Shown piece by piece: positions 14,198 to 26,963 of a stretch of 64,000 bases of DNA. The stretch is from positions 868,001 to 932,000 of the forward strand of contig NW_025766976.1 in assembly GCF_003918875.1 (NCBI RefSeq), given 5' to 3'. Position 1 is the first letter of the stretch, and every line of letters begins with the position of its first letter. This DNA is from Haliotis rubra (taxonomy: Eukaryota). A program made the translations under genes and the position numbers. The notes beneath the pieces are model-generated. The model was not told the DNA's origin and searched no databases. It saw only the letters and a list, made by a program, of their open reading frames with translations.

Positions 14198-14320
14198 CTT
14201 GGCACGTCGCAAAATGGAATCTTTTGAAGCATCATATGGTGCATCCTTGCTGGGAATCTCCAGCACAGCAGGAATGGGTTCAAGATGAGAGTCAATCACA
14301 TGACGAATCATCTCCGCAAC
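14198..14320 (-). CDS. ATP6V1F: ATP6V1F exon 4 ([41 protein letters not shown])
   Basis: tttcAG acceptor, GTGGGT donor, 123 nt; signature [21 protein letters not shown]. Confidence 0.97.
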
Positions 14321-14539
14321 CTGAAACACACCCCATGCTCATAAACCATTTATTTATTAAACAATATACTTTATTGTTGTTGCAGTTGAATCCGAGCCAG
14401 GAATTCACAGACTTATCAAAATGTTTTTGTTTGTTTGCTGTTCAACACAACACTCAGCAATATTCCTGCTATATGACGGAGGTCTATAGTTTGTCATAAG
14501 AATGGAACAAGTTCAGTCTGTCAGTTGGTATATTCTGAT

Positions 14540-16190
14540 GTTGTGTTTAGGTCATTTTGTAAGGCTGTATATTCTAATGTGTTGAGGACAGTATAGCAGC
14601 TAGTATATATTCTGTTGTTGTGTTGAGGACAGTTTATCAGGTGGCATATATATGTAGTAATGAGTTGAGGACAGTATAGCAGCTAGTATATATTCTGTTG
14701 TTGTGTTGAGGACAGTTTATCAGGTGGCATATATATGTAGTAATGTGTTGAGGACAGTATAGCAGCTAGTATATATTCTGTTGTTGTGTTGAGGACAGTT
14801 TATCAGGTGGCATATATATGTAGTAATGAGTTGAGGACAGTATAGCAGCTAGTATATATTCTGTTGTTGTGTTGAGGACAGTTTATCAGGTGGCATATAC
14901 ATGTAGTAATGAGTTGAGGGCAGTATAGCAGCTAGTATATATTCTGTTGTTGTGTTGAGGACAGTTTATCAGGTGGCATATACATGTAGTCATGAGTGGT
15001 ATAGCAGCTGGTATATATTCTGTTGTTGTGTTGAGGACAGTTTATCATGTAGTAATTGAGGACAGTATAGCAGCTAGTATATATTCTGTTGTTGTGTTGA
15101 GGACAGTTTATCAGGTGGCATATACATGTAGTAATGAGTTGAGTTGAGGACAGTATAGCAGCTAGTATATATTCTGTTGTTGTGTTGAGGGACAGTTTAT
15201 CAGGTGGCATATACATGTAGTAATGAGTTGAGGACAGTATAGCAGCTAGTATATATTCTGTTGTTGTGTTGAGGACAGTTTATCAGGTGGCATATACATG
15301 TAGTAATGAGTTGAGGACAGTATAGCAGCTGGTATATATTCTGATGTTGTGTTGAGGACAGTTTATCAGGTGGCATATACATGTAGTAATGAGTTGAGGA
15401 CAGTATAGCAGCTAGTATATATTCTGTTGTTGTGTTGAGGACAGTTTATCAGGTGGCATATACATGTAGTAATGAGTTGAGGACAGTATAGCAGCTGGTA
15501 TATATTCTGATGTTGTGTTGAGGACAGTTTATCAGGTGCAGTATATATATATTGTAGTAATGAGTTGAGGACAGTATAGCAGCTAGTATATATTCTGTTG
15601 TTGTGTTGAGGGCAGTTTATCAGGTGGCATATACATGTAGTAATGAGTTGAGGACAGTATAGCAGCTAGTATATATTCTGTTGTTGTGTTGAGGGCAGTT
15701 TATCAGGTGGCATATACATGTAGTAATGAGTTGAGGACAGTATAGCAGCTGGTATATATTCTGATGTTGTGTTGAGGACAGTTTATCAGGTGGCATATAC
15801 ATGTAGTAATGAGTTGAGGACAGTATAGCAGCTAGTATATATTCTATTGTTGTGTTGAGGGCAGTTTATCAGGTGGCATATATATATGTAGTAATGAGTT
15901 GAGGACAGTATAGCAGCTAGTATATATTCTGTTGTTGTGTTGAGGACAGTTTATCAGGTGGCATATACATGTAGTAATGAGTTGAGGACAGTATAGCAGC
16001 TAGTATATTTGCTGTTGTTGTGTTGAGGGCAGTTTATCAGGTGGCATATATATGTAGTAATGAGTTGAGGACAGTATAGCAGCTAGTATATTTTCTGTTG
16101 TTGTGTTGAGGGCAGTTTATCAGGTGGCATATATATATGTAGTAATGAGTTGAGGACAGTATAGCCGCTGGTATATTCTGATGTTGTCTA
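14540..16190. repeat. 83-bp minisatellite (about 19 copies) in ATP6V1F intron 3
   Basis: Unit GTTGAGGACAGTATAGCAGCTAGTATATATTCTGTTGTTGT+GTTGAGGACAGTTTATCAGGTGGCATATACATGTAGTAATGA, a dimer of about 41-bp halves. Confidence 0.95.
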
Positions 16191-16285
16191 AAGAACCGTG
16201 CATGAACTTGTGTATTCTGATGCTGCCATGAGGTTAACAAACACTTTCACTTAAGGATGGTCCTGGGCAGAGTCCCATCACTTAC

Positions 16286-16368
16286 AGTTTGGTTGATGAG
16301 AATGATGGCAATGTCATCCCGCTTCAAGAAAGACCGGAATACATCCTCTATCTCTGTGACACTTGTGT
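16286..16368 (-). CDS. ATP6V1F: ATP6V1F exon 3 (NTSVTEIEDVFRSFLKRDDIAIILINQT)
   Basis: ttcAG acceptor, GTAAGT donor, 83 nt, phase 1 to 0; conserved RDDI.IILINQ motif; overlaps ORF 16247..16507. Confidence 0.96.
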
Positions 16369-16814
16369 CTGAAGTAAAAGCAAAGGTCTGCAGGTTAACC
16401 CAGCATCTCAGATCCATCCTAAACTGAAATATGTTGCGATACTGGTATCCAGATTTCAATACATATTGGATATTATCAGAGCAAAAATGTTTGACAGTAA
16501 ATGGCAATGATTGTATATGTGTTACAGGAAATATGTATAATCAGTAATTATGTATAATGTCTGTTTCACTCAGGAATTATGTATGTTTACTGAAAATTTC
16601 AGTAATTATACATAATTCCTGAAATTTAAGAAACAAAATTATACATATTTACTGAAATCATTTGAATTACTGAAATATTGATATTACTCTTAAAGTCATG
16701 CAGATACGTGTTCTGATACCAAAGGAAGAATACTACAACACCATCAGCGACCTCCAAGAAGCATCCAAGACCTCCAAGAAGACTCTTCATCAGCACTATC
16801 TTCTTAAGAATAAT

Positions 16815-17076
16815 ATCCGGGGTAGAATAGGTCTTCAGCAACCCATGTGCTTGCCATAACAAGGCGACTATCTTGTCGTAAGAGGCGACTAACGGGATCG
16901 GGTGGTCAGTTTCGCTGACTTGGTTGACAAATGTCATCGGTTCCCAATTGCGCAGATCGATGCTCATGCTGTTGATCACTGGATTGTCTGGTCCAGACTC
17001 GATTATTTACAGACCGCCGCCATATAGCTGGAATATTGCTGAGTGCGGCGTAAAACTAAACTCACTCACTCACTCA
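16815..17076 (+). mobile_element. Long (about 260-bp) SINE-like element, no tRNA head, TGTCGTAAGAGGCGACTAA core, (CACT)n tail
   Basis: 12-bp TSD CTTAAGAATAAT (16803-16814 / 17077-17088). Other copies or fragments at about 7419-7670, 13020-13240, 20285-20450, 28810-28940, 37786-38009, 42344-42628, 44815-44940, 51045-51235, 57826-58040. Confidence 0.85.
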
Positions 17077-17757
17077 CTTAAGAATAATGAAGTTCTTCAG
17101 TGTGGTGACATTACAGACTGATAAGAAGACGTCAGCATGAAGAAGCAGTACTTCATTTCCATAGAAGAGACCTATGAAGTTGTCAAACGGGGTCACATTG
17201 CGGACGGGACAAAATGGTTCATGAACTGTCCAAGCAAACATAACCATTGAAGCATTGACCCTCTTTAAGAACTTGTGTGTTGAATGCCAGCGAAAGCATA
17301 AGAGAGCCACAACAAAAGGGACCGTAGTAAAGCCAATCATCTCAAAAGACTTTAACTCCAGAGCACAAGTCGATCTTATCGACATGCAATCCATGACTCA
17401 AGGACAGTTCAAAGTCATCATGGTGTATCCAGACCTTCTGACTAAGTTTTGTGTATTGCGGCCCCTGACTTCTGAACGCACAGCAGAAGTGGCATATCAG
17501 CTTCTTGACATCTTCCTCCTCTTAGGTGCCCCATGCGTTCTTCAAAGTGACAATGGATCTGGATTTACTGCCCAGGTTATTTCTGAGCTGAAGATTATGT
17601 GGCCAGCATTGGTGATGGTACATGGAAAACCAAGACACCCCCAAAGTCAAGGTTCTGTAGAAAGGGCAAATTGTGACATCAAGGATATGCTTGTTGCTTG
17701 GATGGGTGATCCAATGATACAAGTGATAATGATACAAGTGATTGGTCTGTGGGACTA

Positions 17758-19104
17758 CACTCTAAACCACAAGTGTTCATACAGAACAGTGGACGCGTCT
17801 GTGCATGTTCTGAATTGGCACACATAGGCCATATTTAGAACAGGCGTGTTCTGTTTTAGAACACACGTGTTCAAAGTCTGTGAGGTAGGTGTTCTAATTT
17901 CAGAACACAATGTGTTGTTAAAAGACTGTGATTTCGTAAATCAAAAGAATAAAATACTTTTTATCATTAACCTGTTAAGATATTTTCAGACTATGTTGAA
18001 CATTACGCAAGGGGACATTTAAAAAAGGTTTAAAGAAATTGTTAATAATTCCTGTATTTTAACTTTAACCTTTTCTTCCCACGGGAGAATACAAATACAT
18101 GTATTTTGAAGAGGAAAATGATTCCTCATATGTTCTAAATAACTGTGTAAAATCTGGATATATATGGTTAACAATTGATAATAACTGAATAAGCAACTTC
18201 TAAAGTAGAGTATCAGACTGACTGACTGAGTTTAGTTTTACGCCGCTTTTAGCAATATTCCAGCAATATCACGGCGGGGGACACCAGAAATGGGCTTAAC
18301 ACATTGTGCCCATGTGGGGAATCGAACCCGGGTCTTCGCCGTGACGAGCCAACGCTGTAACCACTAGGCTACCCCACCGCCCCTAGAGTATCAGAACGCA
18401 TAGTGTCCCTTTACATTTGACAAAATGAACACATTAAGACTGTAACTGTTCTATAAGGTTTGATATGATATCTGTTCGGGCGGCGTGTGTTCTGATTAGA
18501 ACAGCTGATCTCACTTCAAGAGATGTGTCCTCAAAGTATAAACACTTCGTCAGAGAAATGGGAAGTTATCTCATCCTCTCCCGACCCTGACATATAGGAG
18601 CTCTTTTTTCCAGCGTTTTCTTCAATGATGACTTTAACTGCAGATGTAATAAGATGTGCATGAATGAGTTGTTGCAGTTAAAGCTAGCTTATCCTATACT
18701 CCATTTAGCCATCCGCGGTCTAACAAAACGATAATAACAATAATTTCATATTCAATATAGGTGTTAATAAAGTTTTGAATCATTTCATATGGTTGTTGTT
18801 TTTATTCGTTCATGTTTGGCTGGTGGAAGTTTGAGAACACTAGTGTTCTGAAATGAGGATCAGAACACTCAAAGGGGGTTCTAAATCTGTTACAGCATCC
18901 GAGGCCTCCGGGGGTGTTCTGAATTGAACACATACAGAACACACAAAGAGTGTTCTGAAATCTAGAACACGAGCGTTGTGTAAGTGGAACACTAGTGTTC
19001 TGACGGCAGGACACATAGTGTATAAATCAGAACACGCCGACTGCGTTCTAAATCTGTTACAGGAAGGGTGTTCTCACAGAACTAGAACACTTGGGTTTAG
19101 AATG
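17758..19104. mobile_element. Non-autonomous CACT-ended (EnSpm/CMC-like) element nested in the Ginger transposase
   Basis: Termini CACTCTAAACC / GGTTTAGAATG, TA on both sides, many AGAACAC subterminal repeats; removing it restores the frame DWSVGL-KFVQFQK. Confidence 0.75.
18218..18383 (-). mobile_element. tRNA-derived SINE (about 165 bp), nested copy
   Basis: A box TAGCCTAGTGG, B box GGTTCGATTCC, (CAGT)n tail, 12-bp TSD TAGAGTATCAGA. Confidence 0.9.
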
Positions 19105-20620
19105 TAAAGTTCGTTCAATTTCAGAAGCACTCCAGTCTCCATACCGAAATCAAGCGATCTCCATTTGCGGTGCTGTTAGGGTCTGACGCTCACACTGAAT
19201 TGACATCAACTAGCTTGCCGACTGACATCTTGCACCAGTTGCAGTCAGAAGACGATTTACTTGCTGCCTTAGGCATTTATGCCACTACAGCATTGACAGC
19301 TGAAGCTGCCCAAGGGAATATCTCTGAGGAATCTGGCACTACTGCTGGAAAATGGTCAACAATTGAACCTGATGAGGAGATCATCTCCGAACTGAACACT
19401 ACAGCGTCACATGATGAACCTAAGACTACTGAAGAGAACAGTCAGCCATTTCATCCAACCAAGAAGCCATTCAGCTGCAGAGGAAAAGAGCGTGAGAAGC
19501 TCAAACTGAACAGGTAGAAAGTATGGTACAGAGGAGCATACGTGTTCTCACACCTGTCCAAGTAGGAGATAATGTAGCTGTGTACATTCCCAATGTTGAT
19601 AGAGGCAGAGCTGACCCTCGGAATGTGATGGGTGTTGTGATTGAGTGCAGTGACAGCGAAATGTGTACTACAGCAGTGAGAAGTGGTGTGCTCGATAGGA
19701 AGTATGCTCGTAACCCATCCGACGTGTGTGCTCCGAGACTGTACTCAGCAGATGACTTCAACACAGAGTGTTCACCAACACTCTTACTGTAGTGGACAAG
19801 GTTTCACTAATGCAACTGTGCTGGCTCAAAGCGTTGTCAGACCAATCGCTGCAAGTGTTACAAGGCAAAGGTTCAATTTAGTTCTAGGTGTCACTCAACA
19901 CTCCCAAGTTCACATAAAAATTCACGAACACAATGAAATAAAATTCATGAAAATCAATGTACCTTGTTCCTTAAAATGAAGAGATATCTATGAAAATCTG
20001 ACTGACTTTAGAGTAATATCAATATTTCAGTAATTCAAATGATTTCAGTAAATATGTATAATTTTGTTTCTTAGATTTCAGGAATTATGTATAAGTACTG
20101 AAAATTTCAGTAAACATACATAATTCCTGAGTGAATCAGACAATATACATAATAACTGAAATTTTCAGTAATTATACATATTTACTGATTATACATGTTT
20201 CCTGTAACAGATGCAGATCCTGTTTTCTAAACAAAACATATGGTTCTGATAACATCCTTCTTAAACATAGGTTGGATATTTAGGGTTTGGTTTGTTGTTT
20301 CCGCTGCATTCAGCAAGATTCCAGCTATATGACGGCAGTTTGTAAATAATCAAGTCTGGACCAGACAATCCAGTGATCAACAGCATGAGCATCGATCTAT
20401 GCAATTAGGATACGATGACATGTGTCAACCAAGTCAACGAGTCTGACCATACGACTAGAAATTTGTAGAATGAAAGTGCTCATTCTCTCTCAAAGCAAGA
20501 ATTATTGACATATCCAAGTGACTGCAGTAAGAAAATATTTCATTTAGTGATCTTGATAATGTAAGATTTTTTGTCAGATTACAGTAGCCAGTGAGAGGAT
20601 GGCTCAGTAACATCACTTAC

Positions 20621-20702
20621 TCTTGTCAACAATAAGGAAATTAGGGTGTCTGTGTTTGTTCATTTCCCCAATTCCGCCCAACACAAAACCAGTGCAGGTG
20701 TC
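20621..20702 (-). CDS. ATP6V1F: ATP6V1F exon 2 ([27 protein letters not shown])
   Basis: ttccAG acceptor, GTAAGT donor, 82 nt, phase 0 to 1; conserved DTCTGF.LGGIGE motif. Confidence 0.96.
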
Positions 20703-22043
20703 CTGGAACAGAGATCAAACAGGTGTTAAACACTGGATTCTTTTTAACAGAATTTTATGGAAAATAGTGATTATGACACATGGCCTGTAGACATACACTG
20801 ATGATACAATGACTGTTTTCATAATTTCATCATGTTGGTTGCACCTTTATTTCTGCACTATAACCATAATACTGAGTGATACCTGGTATTAATGTAGAAC
20901 TGTTCATAGTCTGAATTTGGTCCCATATCTCCTATAAAACTTCTTGAACTGTACCAGAAAAAGTAATTTTTCCAATTTATTATTTACATTATATACATGT
21001 AGTGAAAATAATATATTCAAATGTGGTGGCTTGGTCAAGCTGCTTTGTATATCACTGATAACAACCGAGATAGAGGCTGATGCACAAGTTTAAGATATTG
21101 CATTGAACATGTTGAATGAAATTTTATGTTCGCAATGGTCAAAGTTTGTTTTTGTTTAGATTCCCCGTTTTTAATTTAGTATACAACTTACAAGGCACTG
21201 AATTCTCACACTTGTACACAAATGTATATATGTGCAGACAAAAAGTGAATTATGACATATAGGCATACTTTATGAAAATGTTGGTCTCAGCTTGAATAGA
21301 ATAAGGCAATATGGTAAGTTTAAATGGTAACTTAGCAAGTTAGTGGTATTTAATGCATATAATTAAGAAACTAATAACTCAAAACATGCTAAAATACTGG
21401 GGTGTTCTCTTCAGCTTGCCTGTAAAAGGCACTTTGTTTGGAATTCTAGAAACATTCCTTGCAGCAGTATTCCACTAACCATGGTAACTGGCTTCCCTTT
21501 CATTGATCTCTTCTGTCTCTTGTATAATGTATATGTAAGGTAACGGTTCAGGTAGGTTTTCTCTTATGCTATCCATAAGCCAATCTGTCTGCAAGGTGTA
21601 ATCTTCACTTTCCTTTACCCTTTTGAATCTGTGAGACCTAGACATTTTCACAATATGTGAAGCCCATTCCCCTGTGTTCAATGATATTGATATGATATCA
21701 ACATTTTTATTTCGTTTGTTGTTGTTTTTAATTGAGAAACAAGTGAATTGATTTGGCATTCGGGGTTTGTTGGCATATTTTTCATGACAGATGTGCTGAA
21801 GGAAAAATGAATTTAAATTTATTGGTTTTCCCGACAAGGTGACTTTCAACTAGAAATGATTATTGCACTCGTGAACATGATGCGTCAACAACGAAGCGCA
21901 AACAGGATCCGGCATACCATAATCTCTAGGGATATTGCTAGTGTATTTTGAAATTATAAGACCGGGTTATTGTTTTCCTGCACGTGCTCGTAAATCAACA
22001 TGGGTTAGATGACAGGGAAACAAGGACTGGTGTCATGTATTAC

Positions 22044-22094
22044 CTCATCGCCAATGACAGCTATCAGCCGTCCCCTTGCTGCTGATATCGCCAT
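22044..22094 (-). CDS. ATP6V1F: V-type proton ATPase subunit F, coding exon 1 (MAISAARGRLIAVIGDE)
   Basis: ATG at 22094 in aagATGG context; GTAATA donor after 22044; peptide matches the conserved N-terminus of subunit F (LIAVIGDED). Confidence 0.96.
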
Positions 22095-22540
22095 CTTGAA
22101 CAAGTGCAATCATGTGACCAATTGAAATTATGATATACTACTAACCACGAGAGGAGTTCTATTTACAAACTCGTGTTGCCGTCTTCCAATGGCCCAGGTG
22201 AAGTTCTTGTGGCAATAATGATACAAAACCCTACAACAGACCAAACACGCTATGTATTGTATTTCACAAAAACACATAAAAATAAATGAAGTATCAGAGA
22301 AAGTATTTGGCTAACTTGGTCTCACTGACGGCCTGACATGTTTGGAGTTGTAGTTCGGGACATAAGAAATGAACAGTCTCTAATTTCACAATAACTAAGA
22401 CTGATCCTATTTTTCGTGATTAAAGATTCCATTGTTGTCTCTTCTGACACATTTACGTCTCTATATATAATGTTCCTGTTGCAAAAGTTGCAAGGGAACC
22501 TGGCACGGGAATGTGCATGCCCACATTTGTACACAAAAAT

Positions 22541-22704
22541 ATACTCATGGAAACAAATAAGGGAACACCTGAAAGTACAAGAGTTCCTTTATTCTTTTCC
22601 AGGTTTCTTCACAAGCTTTGTATTGCACTTTGGGTGAAATTCTGGAAAAGAATTAACGAACACTTTTACTTTCGTGTGTTCCCTTATTTGTTTCCATGAG
22701 TATA
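22541..22704. mobile_element. Small TA-flanked Tc1-type MITE (a similar small one at about 2648-2777)
   Basis: Inverted ATACTCATGGAAACAAATAAGGGAACAC arms. Confidence 0.65.
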
Positions 22705-22967
22705 GTATCATGCACACCCATTTGTACATATTCATATGGAAGGTTGCATGCACATGGGTAACTACAGACTTTTCAGATGCACTAAACATACATCTATATA
22801 CAGATAACTACAGAGTACATTTAGTACTGCAAGCAGATTTGTGTGTGTGGAATAGGAGCATCTTACACCATAAAAATGGTGACCAATAATCTGGGGGCCA
22901 TTGGCAACAATGTAATGCAAATTTGCTCCAGAGAAACTGATATGTGTCTTGTATAATGATCAATGCA

Positions 22968-23173
22968 GCACAGGCCCTCGTGTCTTTGCGAGGATTAAAG
23001 ATTTTGAAAAAATAAAATAAAATTGAGATGACCCCCGACTCGAAATGCCTCATAGTACAATACATAATGTCATAATGTATTGTACTGTACTGTGAGGCAA
23101 TTCGAGTCGGGGGTCATCTCAAAAAAATATTTTTCTGAATCTTTAATCTTCGCAAAGACACGAGGGCCTGTGC
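22968..23173. repeat. About 205-bp fold-back inverted repeat (MITE-like)
   Basis: About 95-bp arms (GCACAGGCCCTCGTGTCTTTGCGA...) with a short spacer. Confidence 0.8.
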
Positions 23174-25067
23174 ATAGCAGCACAGAATTGAACTAATGAG
23201 TGAAAATATTCATTTGTAACCTTGGTCTGGTGCACATACATATAGATTACTGACACAAAAGTAACTATTATCAGGGACGGTCCAGTGGGAGGGTATCCCC
23301 CTCTCCTACCAGAGACCATATAACCATCTATTATGCGGTCTCTGGTTTTACGTTGAATTTAAAATTGAACTTAGTTATTCTGAGAAAGAAATGATTGAAC
23401 AGTACAAACCACGTACATGTCCATGACCATTTTATAATGTCTGTTTACTCCTCACTGGATACAGGAAACGTCTTTAAGTGGCATTTGGAAGCTGGTAAGA
23501 CGAAGCTTTATGGATGCGACGTTTCGGTGTAGATGCTTATGCCCTTGTCATGACTTGCTTCAAGATGCATACAAATTGTTCTTCTTTGGATACAGATAGT
23601 GGTGGGGACCTCAAATGTGTTGTTGTTATTTTTTTTATGAATTTGAAAACAACGTTTGTTTACAAGTGTATTCATAATGAAGATGCTTCGAACAGGCCAT
23701 AAATTACACCGTGTGAAAACGACTCCAACCTAGCCTGACGAGAGCGGTACGATATTGGCTATAACAGGGCCAGATTTTGGTAAAAAAACATGTCTATATA
23801 ATGATCTATGGAAAGAAATACAATGAACACAAACAATAATGTCGTTTGATTTATACATGATTAAGTACATGATTAGTGATTGAAACGTTTTACATTTTTT
23901 TGTCGAGAGTATTCCTATTTTATTTTACCATGTACCACAATGGATTGTTTCAATCGTCTAATAATAATTGTCGACAAACTGTGTCAGATTGTATTGTATT
24001 GAATTGTATTGTATTGTATTATGTTATCCAATATAATATATATGTCACAAGAGCTATCCGAGTAGTGGTTGGGGAAATAGTCGCAAATATACTCGGAGAA
24101 AATACGCCGGTGTCACAATATTGACAGAAAATGTTTACGCTATCATTTGGTAGTAATACATTTTCCTAAAATTATTCAGCATTAGTGCAAATGTAAAAAT
24201 TCATTTAACGCGAACATGGAAATTCATGAGAATCTAAACTTCCGGCTCCCGGGTGAGGCAGCGATAAAACTAGTTCTTCCATCCTGTTGCGCATACGTCT
24301 TTCAATCACACCACGAAATGCAAACGTTAGCCGAAACATAGTCAGAGGAAGTAAAGACTCGGGGAAAAGAAACGACATCTTCTGTGAAACATTACGTGTC
24401 TAAAATGATAGAAGCTACGGACCATAAAAGGTATTTTCACTTTCAAACATCCTCACAAACGCAGATACGCGTGAATGTCACTCGGGAGGAGATAGGATTG
24501 ACAACATTAACACGAAATATGTTTGCACATCCAGTTTCGTGACGTGTAAAGATTGGTAATATGTTCAATAGACTTGTTTATCAAACCTTTCAAGCACATG
24601 ACGCAGTTATGTCACCTTTTTACACATATAGATAGCACGTCTACTTCTCATCCGTTAATACTGAACTGGTCTTATTAAACATCGCAGAACGAAACTCAAA
24701 AGTGGTTTTGGAGCCGGCTATATCAGCCTATATGACTTTATTTGACATCTGTCATTGCACTTACTCTTGATTTTTCCTTTTTTTTTATTGAAGATGTTGT
24801 CAAGTGTTAAATTGTAGCCTAATTACTGACCATGCATAAGTCTGGAGAAACATACAATGTGAATGATCCCCACTAAAATTTATATACAAAGTGACACCCC
24901 CACCCCCTTTGCATGTCATGTACAAAATCAATGAACCCCATCCCCTTCCCATAATTTCTAAGCATAATTTTAAACATATAATAATTTTATATACAAAATT
25001 GCTGACCCTCCCTTAGTATGTGTACAAAATTGCTGACCCCCCTAGCTCCCCAGAACAAAATGGGTGA

Positions 25068-25210
25068 NNNNNNNNNNNNNNNNNNNNNNNNNNNNNNNNN
25101 NNNNNNNNNNNNNNNNNNNNNNNNNNNNNNNNNNNNNNNNNNNNNNNNNNNNNNNNNNNNNNNNNNNNNNNNNNNNNNNNNNNNNNNNNNNNNNNNNNNN
25201 NNNNNNNNNN
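25068..25210. other. Assembly gap
   Basis: Run of N. Confidence 1.
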
Positions 25211-26963
25211 TTAAAGCAGATCATTGTAAAAGTGCAAGAGAACGGATAGAATCATATGATCTTACTACAATGCCGTCCGGTTATTCCGTGCTCCTAAGCA
25301 CATCGATCGCAACATGGCAACTAATGTCTCTTCTTTTTGTGGTATACATTGCATTATGCCATACGGTTGACCTTACCGGTGTTCTGGCGACATTGCTTGC
25401 TGTCCAGTAATTCTGCGCAGCAACTGATGCGCATAACATCCAGCTGGAGATCCAAAGTATGGAAGTGTAGTAGGGCCAGATTATTTTCAAAAATCACTTC
25501 ATCAATGTAAGGAAGAGTGTTTCATATTAAATCCAATTATGAATAATGAAGAAAAAGGTTTAAAAGTCTGAAGAAAACGAATTTTCATAAAACAGTCAAT
25601 TTATCTGTCAATTACTGTTATTTACTTACCTTTAGTGATTAAAAGTCAGTCCCTTATAGAAATATCCCGATTTCAAGTGTAAATGTGGTAGCAGACGATG
25701 TTTACCTTTGTACGGAAGTTAGCTATTGCAGCTGCGCATAATTACCGGACTCGCTTGTATGCCAGAGCTAAAGTCGGTTGATTAAATGTAGCTCTATTTG
25801 CAATATCCTCTCATCTGTCCTTTAGTTTGGCGCAACTTTAGAGTATGTTTGCCACTATTTATTTCAAAAGATGCTAAGGTGAAGGATAAGGAGGCATGAG
25901 AAATCAGTGAGGAGATACTTGAGATATATGAGATATATCTATTTTATGAGGGTCAGTGGGGTAGCCTAGTGGTTAAAGCGTTTGCTTGTCACACCAAAGA
26001 CCCGGGTTTAATTCCCCACATGGGTACAATGTGTGAAGCCCATTTCTGGTGTCCCCTGCCGTGATATTGCTGGAATATTACTAAAAGCAGCATAAAACTA
26101 AACTCACTGGCTCTATTTCATATCATACTTTATTGGGTATTGGCTGGATTCTATAATCACACCCAAATTTGATATAAGTTTTCCTGTTAGTCGATAATGG
26201 TGACATTGACCCATGAGGGCAGATTTGTGAAATCAACACAATGTTTGAAAAAAGCTGAAGTTTTGGCTTTTTGGACACTTGTTCATATTGTATTTTTGGA
26301 CACTTGTTCATATTGTATTTTTTGGAAACCGTGCAATTTTAGTTCACCCGACTCACCATTTGACCTTATGACGTGGTGAGTATTTCAGGCAGGCTAACTG
26401 TTGTTTATTTTAATAGTTTTGACATCTCAAGATCTGTAAGAGTTTATGGAGCTGAAACTTTGGATAAATGATTTTCTAGGATTTTCTAGGTCTTTCATTA
26501 AATATGGCTTCTTCAAATTATTATGTATTGAATATGTTATCTTTGTCAGTTACCCTGGCATTCACCATTCGTAGTATTCAGAATAACATACTGAACAGTT
26601 TCTTACATATTTTCAAATTTCGTCATTCAGAACATTTAGCTTCACAAGCCCCATTTGTAGTTTTTGTAATTCATTTTCAAAATCTCTCACAAGTACTAAG
26701 TTACTCAAACTTGAATGATCCCAGCCACAGCTTCTCTGAAAGGTAGCAGAAATCTCATTATTTTTAAACATGGCTGCCATTTCTTCTCCATAGCCTCCTA
26801 TTTGTACACTTTGAACATAAGGGTTATGACAAGGACCCATAGACATTTCTGCTGAAGTTTTGACTCATTAACTGATGTTCCAGATGCTGCTGAGGATGGA
26901 CTGGGGTTTTAGCTGAAGCTTAACACAAGAGATAGGAGTTGGAGAAGGTCCTCAAAGCTTTCC

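Larger units (their letters stand above)
16520..20209 (+). mobile_element. Ginger2/TDD-like DNA transposon (integrase-type DDE transposase, KRBA2/SCAND3-like), disrupted, in ATP6V1F intron 2
   Basis: About 180-bp TIRs TGTTACAGGAAA...TTTCCTGTAACA; flanks TATG/GATG (degenerate 4-bp TSD); C..C zinc motif, RAQVDLIDMQ, LQSDNG, HGKPRHPQSQGSVERAN, DRGRADPRN motifs (ORFs 17255..17827, 19523..19792). Confidence 0.88.
22095..24430. promoter_or_regulatory. Probable divergent promoter region between ATP6V1F and the TMUB-like gene, including a putative non-coding TMUB exon 1 ending at 24430
   Basis: Head-to-head gene arrangement; CpG-richer tract at about 24240-24430 followed by AG/GTATTT donor-like site; the TMUB coding exon has an upstream acceptor and so needs a 5-prime exon. 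Confidence 0.45.

Noticed and set aside
14932-16240. Repeated ORFs MYMPPDKLSS...
   Set aside because: Translations of the 83-bp minisatellite.
21475-21849. 124-aa ORF in ATP6V1F intron 1 (similar weak ORFs at 30351-30575 and 31472-32073)
   Set aside because: No recognisable motif or splice structure; probably decayed retroelement sequence.
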